Positions 19,252-28,354 of a DNA stretch of 64,000 bases are shown here, piece after piece. Below the pieces are notes generated by a model, which made no database searches, was not told the DNA's origin, and saw nothing but the letters and a program-made list of their open reading frames with translations. The position numbers and the translations under genes were made by a program. The stretch's first letter is position 1. The number at the start of each line of letters is the position of its first letter. The stretch spans positions 384,001 to 448,000 of the forward strand of contig CAWAHW010000007.1 of assembly GCA_963781885.1 (NCBI GenBank), given 5' to 3'. The stretch is from an uncultured Spirochaetota bacterium (GTDB lineage Bacteria; Spirochaetota; Spirochaetia; SZUA-6; Fen-1364).

Positions 19252-19571
19252 ATCACTTCCTTTATCATCTTTTCCAGCGCCTGCCGCGGCACGGCGCCGA
19301 TCTGCTGCTTTACCACCTGACCCTTGCTGAAAACGAGGATTGTCGGGATGCTGACGATATTGAACTGCTGGGCGAGCTCGCCCTCTGCATCGACGTCGAT
19401 CTTCGCGATCTTGATCTTGTCCTTGTATTCACGACCAAGCTCTTTGAGCACGGGGGCGATCATCTTGCACGGTCCGCACCATTCCGCCCAGAAGTCCGCC
19501 ACGACGGGAACCGCCGACTTGATGACCTCTGAATCGAAATTTCCGCTCGTGACCGTTACTTCCTCTGCCAT
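19248..19571 (-). CDS. trxA: Thioredoxin
   Basis: DFWAEWCGPCKMIAP and SIPT motifs. Confidence 0.97.
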   Translation of the reverse strand: MAEEVTVTSGNFDSEVIKSAVPVVADFWAEWCGPCKMIAPVLKELGREYKDKIKIAKIDVDAEGELAQQFNIVSIPTILVFSKGQVVKQQIGAVPRQALEKMIKEVI

Positions 19572-19648
19572 TGCCGCTTCCCCCTTCCCTTCATGAGGTA
19601 ACTAATATATATCCCTGGACGTGGAATGAGCAATCCCCGGCGGGGAGC

Positions 19649-20434
19649 CTATTCCTCGATTTCCCGCTCCCAGCGGCGACGGCGTTTGAAATCCTTCAGG
19701 CGGAAGTCGCTGATCACGCCCCAGACGAATGCCATCGTCTCCTCGACCGCTTTCTTTGCCTCCGCCGGCATGTCCGTGTAGACCCGCGTGATGCGCTGGA
19801 GGACCATGTGAAGGTCATTCAGAAAAAAAGCGGCCTCCAGGATGTAGTCCTTCTCCTCGCGCTCGATGGCCGGGTAATTGCGCGGAAACTTGCGAAGCTG
19901 ACCCACCAGGCGGGCAAGAAAGGGGGGCACCTCGTCGCGCACCGACGAGCAGAGATAGCGGAGCTGCGAATCCAGGCCCAGCATCTCGGAGGAGCTGGGC
20001 GCATACATCGTGTCCTGGAGCGCGGCGCCAAGGTCCTGCCATCGCTCCCGCTCCAGGCCCGTGAGCGCACCGACCAGCCGCCGCACCTCTTCGCCGGCAT
20101 CCGCGTCGAACCGGACATCGGGGTACTTGGCGATCCGCCTGCTGTTTTCCTCCAGCACCTTGTCGGCGAAGCTCGCCTTCTCCACGCCCGGCCGCACGGG
20201 GCCGATCATGACGCGCTGCTCCTCCCGGGCGATCAGCTCCTCGATCGCGCTGATCTCCGCGACGAGGAAGGAAGAGACGTCCACCTTCGCCCGCAGCGCC
20301 CTGATGTAGCGATCCTCGAAAGCCTTGCGCAGGGACCGTGGCTTGAAGTATTTCGAGATGTAGTCGTCGTATTTCCTGCGTATTTTCTCGACGCTGGAAG
20401 TGATTTCGCCCGGGGTCAACTTCCTGGAGATCAC
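19649..20434 (-). CDS. Hypothetical alpha-helical protein
   Basis: 261-aa ORF with host-like codon usage; no recognisable motif. Confidence 0.7.
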   Translation of the reverse strand: MISRKLTPGEITSSVEKIRRKYDDYISKYFKPRSLRKAFEDRYIRALRAKVDVSSFLVAEISAIEELIAREEQRVMIGPVRPGVEKASFADKVLEENSRRIAKYPDVRFDADAGEEVRRLVGALTGLERERWQDLGAALQDTMYAPSSSEMLGLDSQLRYLCSSVRDEVPPFLARLVGQLRKFPRNYPAIEREEKDYILEAAFFLNDLHMVLQRITRVYTDMPAEAKKAVEETMAFVWGVISDFRLKDFKRRRRWEREIEE

Positions 20435-20497
20435 GGCGACTTCTTCATATAGAAAACGGTTGTATTCGTCAAGAAATCCGCGTTTTCACGCCCCGCC

Positions 20498-21736
20498 TTA
20501 TCCCATCGGCGTTTCTGAGGTTTTTCCCACACCGCCCCGCACAAACAGGCCGATCACGATCCCGGCCGCCCCGAGGATGCCCGCCGTGGCAAGGAAGACC
20601 GCACTGTAGCCAGCCGTCATGGCGATGGAGGCGCCGATGACCGGGCCAAGCGCGTTGCTGACGGAAGCGATGGACGCGGAAAGCCCGTAGATGCTTCCCT
20701 GCCTGCCCTTTTCCGTGCGCTGCGCGATCAGCGCGTTGACGGATGGAAGGTTCCCGCCCACGAAAAAGCAGCTGCAAATCCTCATGACCAGGAGCTGCAC
20801 GGGGGTGCGGGCGAACGCCTGCGGGATCGTAAACAGCGAGGCGCCGGCCATGCAAATGATGAGCGTCCGCTTGTAGCCCAGGCGGTAGCTCACCTTGCCG
20901 ATACTCACCGCGGCGAGGGCGCTCGCCACGGCTCCCAGCCCGATGATGACCCCGGTCATGGTGGCAAGCATGGAGGTCCACGTGCTGATCTGCTGGATCA
21001 TGAGGGGCAGAAAAGGACCGACGATGGAGCCGGCGATCTGGTCTGCCGCAATCACGGCCAGGAGCGAGGCGAGGGCGGGGGAGCGCAGGAGCGGTGAAAA
21101 GTCCGGCAGCAGACTGCGGAATATCGATTTCCTGTCCGCCGGCGGCTCGAAGTTGTCCTCCGCAAAACGCATGATGATGAGCCCCGCGGAGAGGAGGAGG
21201 AGCGCCGTCGCGAAGAAATTCATGCGGCGGCCGAACAGGTCGGCGATCACCCCGCCGAACAGGGGGCCGAAGGAGGAGCCGAGGAATATCGCCATTTGCA
21301 GGAGCCCCAGGGCATAGCCGGCTTCCTCCCGCGGGGCGATGGAGGCGACCATGATGGTGGCAGCCGCGACGGTGCCGGTGAGGCAGCCCTGCAGGGTCTT
21401 CAACGCGATGAGCTGCCACGGCGCGGTGATGAGCCCCGTGACGAACATGACGACCGTGCCCCCGAACATGGCGCGCAGAAGCATCGGCTTGCGCCCGTAG
21501 TTGTCCGCCACGCTGCCCCAGATGGGCGCAAAGACCGCGAGCGTCAGGGACGGCAGCGCCTGCACGATGCCCGTGAGCAGCTTCAGGCGCAGCGGGTCGG
21601 TGACCCCCAGGTCCTGGATGTAGAAGGGGGTGATGGGGGTCGAGGTGGAAAACCCGGCGATGGCGAGAAACTCGCCGGCCCAGACGGCGTACAACGTACG
21701 CTTCCAGCGTGGCGCGGCGATCGAAGAATGACTCAG
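20498..21736 (-). CDS. MFS transporter (DHA1/MdtG-like)
   Basis: About 12 TMs; motif A WGSVADNYGRKPMLLRA; GP.FGGVIAD..G.R; start uncertain (in-frame CTG at 21736 after SD GAGGAG). Confidence 0.88.
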   Translation of the reverse strand: MSHSSIAAPRWKRTLYAVWAGEFLAIAGFSTSTPITPFYIQDLGVTDPLRLKLLTGIVQALPSLTLAVFAPIWGSVADNYGRKPMLLRAMFGGTVVMFVTGLITAPWQLIALKTLQGCLTGTVAAATIMVASIAPREEAGYALGLLQMAIFLGSSFGPLFGGVIADLFGRRMNFFATALLLLSAGLIIMRFAEDNFEPPADRKSIFRSLLPDFSPLLRSPALASLLAVIAADQIAGSIVGPFLPLMIQQISTWTSMLATMTGVIIGLGAVASALAAVSIGKVSYRLGYKRTLIICMAGASLFTIPQAFARTPVQLLVMRICSCFFVGGNLPSVNALIAQRTEKGRQGSIYGLSASIASVSNALGPVIGASIAMTAGYSAVFLATAGILGAAGIVIGLFVRGGVGKTSETPMG

Positions 21737-21881
21737 GACGGTCTCCTCATGCGGATGCGGTGGGGGAAGTATAGCGGGATTGGGCCGCCTGTGACAGCGG
21801 GGCGCGGCGGCGAAGAAGGCGGCGGAGGCATTGCTCACCCGGGGGTGAAGCAGCCTCCGCCCGGCCGCGCGGATTCCCGCT

Positions 21882-22289
21882 TCAGGAGATGCCCGCCAGC
21901 TCGGCCTCCTTCTCCGCTTCCTGCGTCTCTTCCGCGGGGGTGCCGTCGGGATCCTGCTTCCTGAGCTGCGGCTTGAACTCCACGTGCTCCGCAATGATGT
22001 GCACGCGCGAATGGGTCTTGCCGTCCGCGTCCGTCCAGCGGTCCTGCTTCAGTCGCCCGACCACGCGGACGCCGCGACCCTTTTTCAGGTACTCTCCGCA
22101 GACCTCCGCGAGCCGGTTCCACGCGGAAACGTCGAAGAAGGACACCTCCTTCTGGTACTCGTCGTCCTGTTTCCAGGAGCGGTTGCACCCGACGGTGAAT
22201 TTGCACACCGCCGCTCCCTTGGGCGTGTAGGCGAGCTCGGGATCCCGCACGAGGTTTCCTTCGATCAGAATGGAATTGAGATTGTTCAT
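21882..22289 (-). CDS. ssb: Single-stranded DNA-binding protein (spirochete-type paralog)
   Basis: LNSILIEGNLVRDPEL, FFDV.AW, KGRGVRVVGRLKQDRW; no DDDIPF tail. Confidence 0.92.
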   Translation of the reverse strand: MNNLNSILIEGNLVRDPELAYTPKGAAVCKFTVGCNRSWKQDDEYQKEVSFFDVSAWNRLAEVCGEYLKKGRGVRVVGRLKQDRWTDADGKTHSRVHIIAEHVEFKPQLRKQDPDGTPAEETQEAEKEAELAGIS

Positions 22290-22372
22290 CGGGTCCTCCT
22301 CATGCCTTCTAGAACGGGCGCCGGTCACGCGCGATTGCACCGTGCGATGAAATCGCATACAGTGATCGACGC

Positions 22373-23344
22373 ATGCTCGATCTTGACAAGCGGATCAGCG
22401 GAGACTGGATAGAGATCAGGGAAAAAGCGAATGACTTCCACTCCCTGCTCGACATGCTTGCCGTGCCGCCGCACCATCTGCGCGCCGCGGCGGACAAGCT
22501 GCGTCTGTGCGTCGAGCAGGGAGTCGTCGAGTTCAAGCGGGCGCTCCTGAGCCCCGTGCTCGTCGCGTTGGAAACGGCCCGCTACAAGTCTCTGGCCGCC
22601 GACGACATGAGCGCGCAGGAGAAGTCCCTCACCGTGCTCCTCCTCTCCATCCTCGTCGAGCGCCTCCTCTGCATGGAGCTCCTCCCCCTGGCCCGTCCCC
22701 GCGAGGTCAAGCACGGCCTCGGCGTCGAAACGATGCCCGTGGCGGTGGTCCTCTCCGACGTGAACGCGCGCATCAAGGCGAGCCCCGCGCAGCGCTCCGC
22801 GCCGGCCATCAAGAACATCCTCATGCTCGTCCAGCGCTACAACGGGGAGAACCAGAAGATGCGCGAGCTCCTCCCCACGATCAAGCCTGACATGCGGACC
22901 GCGTTCCTTGCAAACTTCACGCGCACGTTCGAGGAGATCATCGGCAGCATCCGCCGACATTACACGGTGCTTCTCCAAGATGAGATCGCCGCGGAGAAGG
23001 CGCGCAAGGAAGGTTTCTCCCTCTCCCTCATGCCCCTGAAGGAATTGGCGCCGCTCCTCAACAGCCAGGCGAAGGAGATCAGCCGCTATCGCTCGACCCT
23101 GGGCCACGCGCGCGACGAGAAGTACAAGACGCGGGAGACCCTCGTGCGGCTGTACGACGGGCGGCAGGTCGTGCTGAAGCTGCTGGAGGATGAGTCAAAG
23201 GTGTATCGCCGCATCTGCCAGCGGACGCAGCAGGAGGACCTTGATGCCTGCTCGCTCTCCATGGCGGCCGGCTTCAAAGACGAGCTGGTTTCAGTCCTCG
23301 AAAAGCAGGGAAGAAAGGAAGAGCCCGCCGGCGCGGGTGCGTAG
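22373..23344 (+). CDS. Hypothetical alpha-helical protein
   Basis: 323-aa ORF with strong GC3 bias; promoter TTGCAC-17-TACAGT at 22335-22363. Confidence 0.75.
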   Translation: MLDLDKRISGDWIEIREKANDFHSLLDMLAVPPHHLRAAADKLRLCVEQGVVEFKRALLSPVLVALETARYKSLAADDMSAQEKSLTVLLLSILVERLLCMELLPLARPREVKHGLGVETMPVAVVLSDVNARIKASPAQRSAPAIKNILMLVQRYNGENQKMRELLPTIKPDMRTAFLANFTRTFEEIIGSIRRHYTVLLQDEIAAEKARKEGFSLSLMPLKELAPLLNSQAKEISRYRSTLGHARDEKYKTRETLVRLYDGRQVVLKLLEDESKVYRRICQRTQQEDLDACSLSMAAGFKDELVSVLEKQGRKEEPAGAGA

Positions 23345-23465
23345 GCAGGGATGCGGAGCGCGGTACACCGCGCGGAGGGCGGCAGCCGGCTGCGAAACAG
23401 ACGGCGAGAGCCGCGAGCGCGGCCCCCGTGTGCGCGGACCCAGACGCCCATCGACGCCCGGGGGA

Positions 23466-23780
23466 TCAGTCCGACTCAATGCCCACCAGGCGCAGACGGC
23501 CGTCCCTGTAGACGTGCTTGAAGCGCACCTGCTTCCGGCGCGAAACGAAGACGAGCTCGCCCTCGGCGAGATAGAAGTCGTCCATCTCGCGTTCCACGTC
23601 GATTGCGTAGTAGCGGGTGAGGTACTCCAGGAGCCCGTCGAGATTGATCTGCTCGAAATGCTCCACCAGGCGGTTGAACGCCTCCTGGCTTCCGCGTCGC
23701 TCGAGGAAATACATCTTCTGCGCCATGAAGAAGATGATGTGATCCCGCGTGTGCTCCATGATCTTTCTTATGATCGACAT
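23466..23780 (-). CDS. Hypothetical protein
   Basis: 104-aa ORF (MSIIRKIMEH...) with SD and host-like codon usage. Confidence 0.7.
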   Translation of the reverse strand: MSIIRKIMEHTRDHIIFFMAQKMYFLERRGSQEAFNRLVEHFEQINLDGLLEYLTRYYAIDVEREMDDFYLAEGELVFVSRRKQVRFKHVYRDGRLRLVGIESD

Positions 23781-23914
23781 CTCACCCCGATAATCTGCAA
23801 TGAAAAAGAATGGCACCCTGCCGCGCGCGGGCCGGCACGCCGCCCCCTCCCGCGTCGGGAAGCGGCGTTTTCATGCGCCGCGCGGGGTGATATACTGGGG
23901 CGCGGAGGAGCGAC

Positions 23915-25009
23915 ATGGCGAAGGGTTTCAATCTGGAAATCTATCCGTGGGCCTATCGGGCGAGGAACCAGGAGGACGGCTCGTGGACGGAGGAGTACGT
24001 CGAAAAGCCGCACCTCACCCCACGCGACGAAGAGGCGCTGTCGCCGGCGGCGCGCGCCGAGCTGCTCCAGAAGCGGAACAGTTACGCGGATCTCCCGCTG
24101 GTCAATTTCACGTCCCAGTACGGCATGGGATGCTTCGAAGGCCTCAAGGCCTTCCCGCAGCCCGACGGATCGCTGAAGCTCTTCCGACCCGATGAAAACG
24201 GCAAGCGCATGGCTGCCTCCATGAAGGGGCTCTTCATGCCCGCATTTCCCGAGGAGATGTTTCTCACCGCCGTGCGCACCGTCGTGGGAAAGAACAAGGC
24301 CATCGGCTTTGCGCCCGCCTACGATCCTTCCTGGGCCGCCGAGGATTTCGTCTCGGGCCGCTCCGTCTACATCCGGCCCTTCTCCTGGGGCGAGCCGGGA
24401 ATCGGCGTCGGCATCTGCCGCAACCCCTGGGTGGTCGTCGTGACGACGCCGGTGGGCGCCTACTTCAATCCGGGCAACTCGAAGGCGGTGACGACCCGCC
24501 GGGTCCGCGCGAATCCGGGCGGCACGGGTTGGATCAAGGCAGACTCCAACTACGTCACCAGTGCCATCGCCAAGAAGGAAGCGGAGACGGCGGGCTACAT
24601 GGAGGCTGTGTTCCTCGACGCGCGGGAGCACGCCTATTTCGAGGAAGGCTCGTCGTGCAACATCTTTTTCGTCATGAAGGACGGCACCCTCGTCACGCCC
24701 AGCCTCGAGGATACGATCCTTCCCGGCATCAATCGCAAGAGCATCCTCATTCTCGCCCGGGAAAAGGGCTTGAAAACGGCGGAGCGGCGTGTCTCGGTGA
24801 AAGAGGTCTTTTCCAAGGCGCGCGAATGCTTCGTCGCCGGAACCGCGGCCGGGATCACCCCCATAGAATCGATCACGCACGAAGGCAGGGAAGCGGTCTT
24901 CTGCAACCGCGCAGTCGGGGAGACCACGCGGGAGCTCCTGCGCACCTTGAAGGGCATTCAATACGGAGCGCTCCCGGACACGCATGGCTGGATGATGGGA
25001 ACGCTTTGA
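23915..25009 (+). CDS. ilvE: Branched-chain amino acid aminotransferase (class IV)
   Basis: YG.GCFEGLKAF, LFRPDEN..R, YIRPF, PLP-lysine K..SNY, EE.SSCNIF, ILPGINR, GTAAGITP. Confidence 0.93.
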   Translation: MAKGFNLEIYPWAYRARNQEDGSWTEEYVEKPHLTPRDEEALSPAARAELLQKRNSYADLPLVNFTSQYGMGCFEGLKAFPQPDGSLKLFRPDENGKRMAASMKGLFMPAFPEEMFLTAVRTVVGKNKAIGFAPAYDPSWAAEDFVSGRSVYIRPFSWGEPGIGVGICRNPWVVVVTTPVGAYFNPGNSKAVTTRRVRANPGGTGWIKADSNYVTSAIAKKEAETAGYMEAVFLDAREHAYFEEGSSCNIFFVMKDGTLVTPSLEDTILPGINRKSILILAREKGLKTAERRVSVKEVFSKARECFVAGTAAGITPIESITHEGREAVFCNRAVGETTRELLRTLKGIQYGALPDTHGWMMGTL

Positions 25010-25081
25010 CGCACCTGCGCGATTGACCGCGCGGCGGCGGGCCGGAGGCGCGTTGCCGCGTCTTCCCGCGCATCCGTATTC

Positions 25082-28000
25082 CTACCAGTCGATGGCTTCG
25101 AAATCCTTGGGAAGCGCCAGAGAGGGCTGGAGCACGAAACCCGACACGGGATAGAGAATGCCGCGCATGTTCAGGGAGGGCAGGCTCCGATCCTCGCTCC
25201 GCTGCACGGTGTCCGGGCTGCGGGAGAGGGTGTCCGCGATCTCCGTCGCCTGCGTGAAGTAGACAAGCGACTGCGACCGCCGCGTCCGATCCCCCGTCCT
25301 CTGCGAAAGTCTGAACAGGGTGACGCCGAGATTGTTGTTCACCCGGACGAGTGAATCCAGGAGGGCGCGGTCCGATGGTTGATCCTCGGGGTGGAGGATG
25401 CCCAGTGCCGCGCGCCTGTTCTCCAGGCGGTCGAGGAGCCGCAGGTAATAGCCCTGTGCCGCGAAGAAATCGCCCCTTTGGTAAAAGCAATTCCCCAGCG
25501 CGTAGAGGAGATTCTGCGGGGGCTGCCCCGGCGTCGGCAGGGGCTCCTCAGGCGTCGGCGCGGCCGCCGCGAGGGTATCCGCCTCGGCAGGAGAGGCGGA
25601 GGCGTCTTCGGTCTGCGTGAATGTCGCAAGGGCGCTCTTGTAGTCGCCCTGCTTGTACTGGATGTATCCGGTCTTGTAGAGGAGCTCAGGTGAGGTGAAC
25701 GCGTTTGCAAACGCGGTCTGGTACTGCGCGTAGGCCGCGTTCATGTCGCCCTGGATGTAATAGTACAGGTCGCCCAGATCGGCGTAGGGTCTGCCGTACA
25801 GGCCGTCCACCGGGATGAGGTTCATCTTGCGGTATTGCTCGACGAGGCTCGCGGCTTTGCGCAGATAGGTCTCCGCCGTGATGTATTCCTTGATGCCGTC
25901 GTTGTATTCCCCCAGCCGGGTGTTCGTGTCGATCTCTATCGTGACGCGTTTGGTCGTGATGGCCTCGGTGCTGTTCCGCCGGAGATTCTCCAGCGTGGCA
26001 TCGAGCGCCTTTTTCTCATCGCCCGCATTCTTCACGAGCCGGTAGTATCGCGCGAGGTTGTAGTGCACCTCGTAGAGCCCCAACTTTGCCTTGTCGGCGC
26101 GGAAGAGCACCTCCTGCACGAAGTCCAGCTTGTGGTGATCCACGAGGTAGCCGCCCATCTCGGCGAATACCCCCGCATCGACCTTCACCTCTGGTCGCTG
26201 CGCGTAGTAGATGCGCAGTCTCTCCACCTCGTCGGGCTTGTCGGTGCGGATGAAGTAGCGCAGCATGCGGAAGAGGAGCTCGTCGCGCGTGCCGTACCTT
26301 TCGATGAGCGTCGCGTAGGCAAAACGTGCAGGCTCGTACCGGGCAGGCACCTTCTCGGCCCAGTCGAGGTTGTTGTCGCCCGACGCGAGGAGCGCGTCGT
26401 AGTCGTACTGGCTGCGGCCGAGGATGCGCTGGAGGAGGGAATCCGCCTTCTCGAAGTTGGCGAGTCCCTGCGATTCCATGCGCGCGTAGTCCAGGATGCC
26501 TTTCTTGTCATTCGGCTGCCAGGCAAGGAGCTGGTCGTATTTCTGCTCGGCGAGGTCATAGCGCCGCTTGCCGGCAAATGCCTCCGCGTAGCGGTAGTAC
26601 CAGCTCTTCATCTGCCAGGTTCGCGTCGCGCGATCGAACCGCTCGTTGGCGATGTCGTAGTGATCGCTTGCGATCTCGGCGTAACCGGCGCGGTAATTCG
26701 TGTAGGCGGAGAGCGGTTTCCAGACGTAGCTGTAGCCGAGGAAACCGAAGAGCCCGCCCGCCACGAGCGTGATGGCGATGATGCGGATGATGGGGAGGAT
26801 GTTCTCGCGGAAGGCGTAGCCGAACGTGCGCTGTTCTTCCTCGAACGCGATGCCCGTCTTCTTTTCGTAGCCCGCCGGTATCCTGATCCTCTTGCCGGTG
26901 ATTTTGCCCGTGAGGGCCGCGATCTCCTGTGCGCTCGCACCGCGCAGGAGAAGCGCGATCAGGGCGGTGAGATCGGGGCCGCCAACCATGCCCTGGCCGA
27001 TGAGGTCCTGCACGGCGATCTTCAGGTTGCGCGGGAGGGATTCGAGCGTCCGCTTCAGCTGGGCGAACTGCTCGGGACTGAGATCGACCTCCCCGGGCTC
27101 CGCCGCGGTTTCCACCGGTGCCGGCCGCGCCGCGGGGGCCGGCCTTTCCGCGCGTGGCTTTGCCTTGGCTTTCGGCGCTTCCACGGCCGCCGGGATCCCG
27201 AACTGCTCCGCGGACGGCGGCAGGCTGAACTCGTCAAGGTCGCCGAGGCCTTCCACGCCCAGGGAATCCATATCGGGCTCTGCCGCCGACTCCCCGGCCG
27301 GGGGTTCCGCGACTTCCCCCACCGTGTCCAGGTCGAAGCTCGCGCCCGGGGGGAGCTCTTCGGATTCGGCGGGCGGCGGCTCGAAGCTCGGCTCGCGGGG
27401 CGCCTCAGCCTGTTCAGGGGGCGCCCCGACATCGGGCGTGGTTTCGCCGAAGCTCAGATCGTCGAGGCTGGGGAGCTCGAAGCTCTCTCCTGCTTCCCCG
27501 GCCGCCGGCTCCTCACTTGCGGGCTCTTCAAAGCTCGGAGCCTCGGTGCTGAACGCATCCAGGCCTCCGAGCCCTTCGAGACCGGGTGCCGGGGCTTCCG
27601 ACGCTGGTCCTTCGGCGGATTCGGAAGCCGGGCCTGTGTCCGGGGCAAATGCGCCGAGGTCTTCGAAGGATTCCCCTTCCGGGGCGGGTGCGGGTTCCTC
27701 TTCCCCCAGGCTCTCCGGCAGAACTTCCATCTGTGCAAGATCGTCCTGCAGACCTTCCGGCTCTCCGCCGGGGAATGAGAATGCCTCCTCGTCGGGCGCG
27801 GGGGCCTTCTCTGCAGGCTCTGCCGCGCGGCCCTGCGCCGGCGGTGGCGGGCTTTCGATCTCTTCGATAGGGGGGGCGGCTGTTTCGTCGCCGAACAGCG
27901 AGGAGAAATCTATGTCGTCTCCGGGAGTTTCGGGTGGCGTGGAAGGCTCATCAATGGGCGGGGGCCCGCCCGATCCCTCGTCGGGTGCGGCCTCGTCACC

Positions 28001-28249
28001 GGGAAGCGCGTCCAGCCCGGCAAAGATGTCCTGCAGGCTCTCCTGTTCGGCCGTGCCCGCGCCGGCCTCGTCGCCTTCTCCGGCGTCGAAGGGCAGCGCG
28101 TCGAGTGAATCGCCTTCCTGCGGGGCGCCCTCTGCCGCCGGCGCAGCAACCTCCTCGATGCTCTCCGCGCGCGCCGCGCGTATCGCCGGCTCGTCACCGA
28201 GTGAGTTGAGGACCTGGGCGAATCGTTCGATATCCTCTCTTCGGGGCAT
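25082..28249 (-). CDS. flcA: Periplasmic flagellar collar protein FlcA-like TPR protein
   Basis: Short N-terminal motif, long acidic linker, L..LPRNLKIAV domain, single TM, long TPR array ending in NNLGV.L..LS; matches spirochete FlcA architecture as I recall it. Confidence 0.75.
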   Translation of the reverse strand: MPRREDIERFAQVLNSLGDEPAIRAARAESIEEVAAPAAEGAPQEGDSLDALPFDAGEGDEAGAGTAEQESLQDIFAGLDALPGDEAAPDEGSGGPPPIDEPSTPPETPGDDIDFSSLFGDETAAPPIEEIESPPPPAQGRAAEPAEKAPAPDEEAFSFPGGEPEGLQDDLAQMEVLPESLGEEEPAPAPEGESFEDLGAFAPDTGPASESAEGPASEAPAPGLEGLGGLDAFSTEAPSFEEPASEEPAAGEAGESFELPSLDDLSFGETTPDVGAPPEQAEAPREPSFEPPPAESEELPPGASFDLDTVGEVAEPPAGESAAEPDMDSLGVEGLGDLDEFSLPPSAEQFGIPAAVEAPKAKAKPRAERPAPAARPAPVETAAEPGEVDLSPEQFAQLKRTLESLPRNLKIAVQDLIGQGMVGGPDLTALIALLLRGASAQEIAALTGKITGKRIRIPAGYEKKTGIAFEEEQRTFGYAFRENILPIIRIIAITLVAGGLFGFLGYSYVWKPLSAYTNYRAGYAEIASDHYDIANERFDRATRTWQMKSWYYRYAEAFAGKRRYDLAEQKYDQLLAWQPNDKKGILDYARMESQGLANFEKADSLLQRILGRSQYDYDALLASGDNNLDWAEKVPARYEPARFAYATLIERYGTRDELLFRMLRYFIRTDKPDEVERLRIYYAQRPEVKVDAGVFAEMGGYLVDHHKLDFVQEVLFRADKAKLGLYEVHYNLARYYRLVKNAGDEKKALDATLENLRRNSTEAITTKRVTIEIDTNTRLGEYNDGIKEYITAETYLRKAASLVEQYRKMNLIPVDGLYGRPYADLGDLYYYIQGDMNAAYAQYQTAFANAFTSPELLYKTGYIQYKQGDYKSALATFTQTEDASASPAEADTLAAAAPTPEEPLPTPGQPPQNLLYALGNCFYQRGDFFAAQGYYLRLLDRLENRRAALGILHPEDQPSDRALLDSLVRVNNNLGVTLFRLSQRTGDRTRRSQSLVYFTQATEIADTLSRSPDTVQRSEDRSLPSLNMRGILYPVSGFVLQPSLALPKDFEAIDW

Positions 28250-28265
28250 GAGGCTCCTGCTTCAA

Positions 28266-28322
28266 ATGTCGGCGCGATGCGCGCGCGTCATGACTCAAGC
28301 CTCGCGCGTCTTCGGCCGACAT
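28266..28322. promoter_or_regulatory. Back-to-back sigma28 (FliA)-like promoters
   Basis: Minus: TCATG(28293-28289)-15bp-GCCGACAT(28273-28266). Plus: TCAAG(28295-28299)-15bp-GCCGACAT(28315-28322). Confidence 0.65.
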
Positions 28323-28354
28323 GTAGTATAAGCAAAAGCAACCGGACGTCCACC

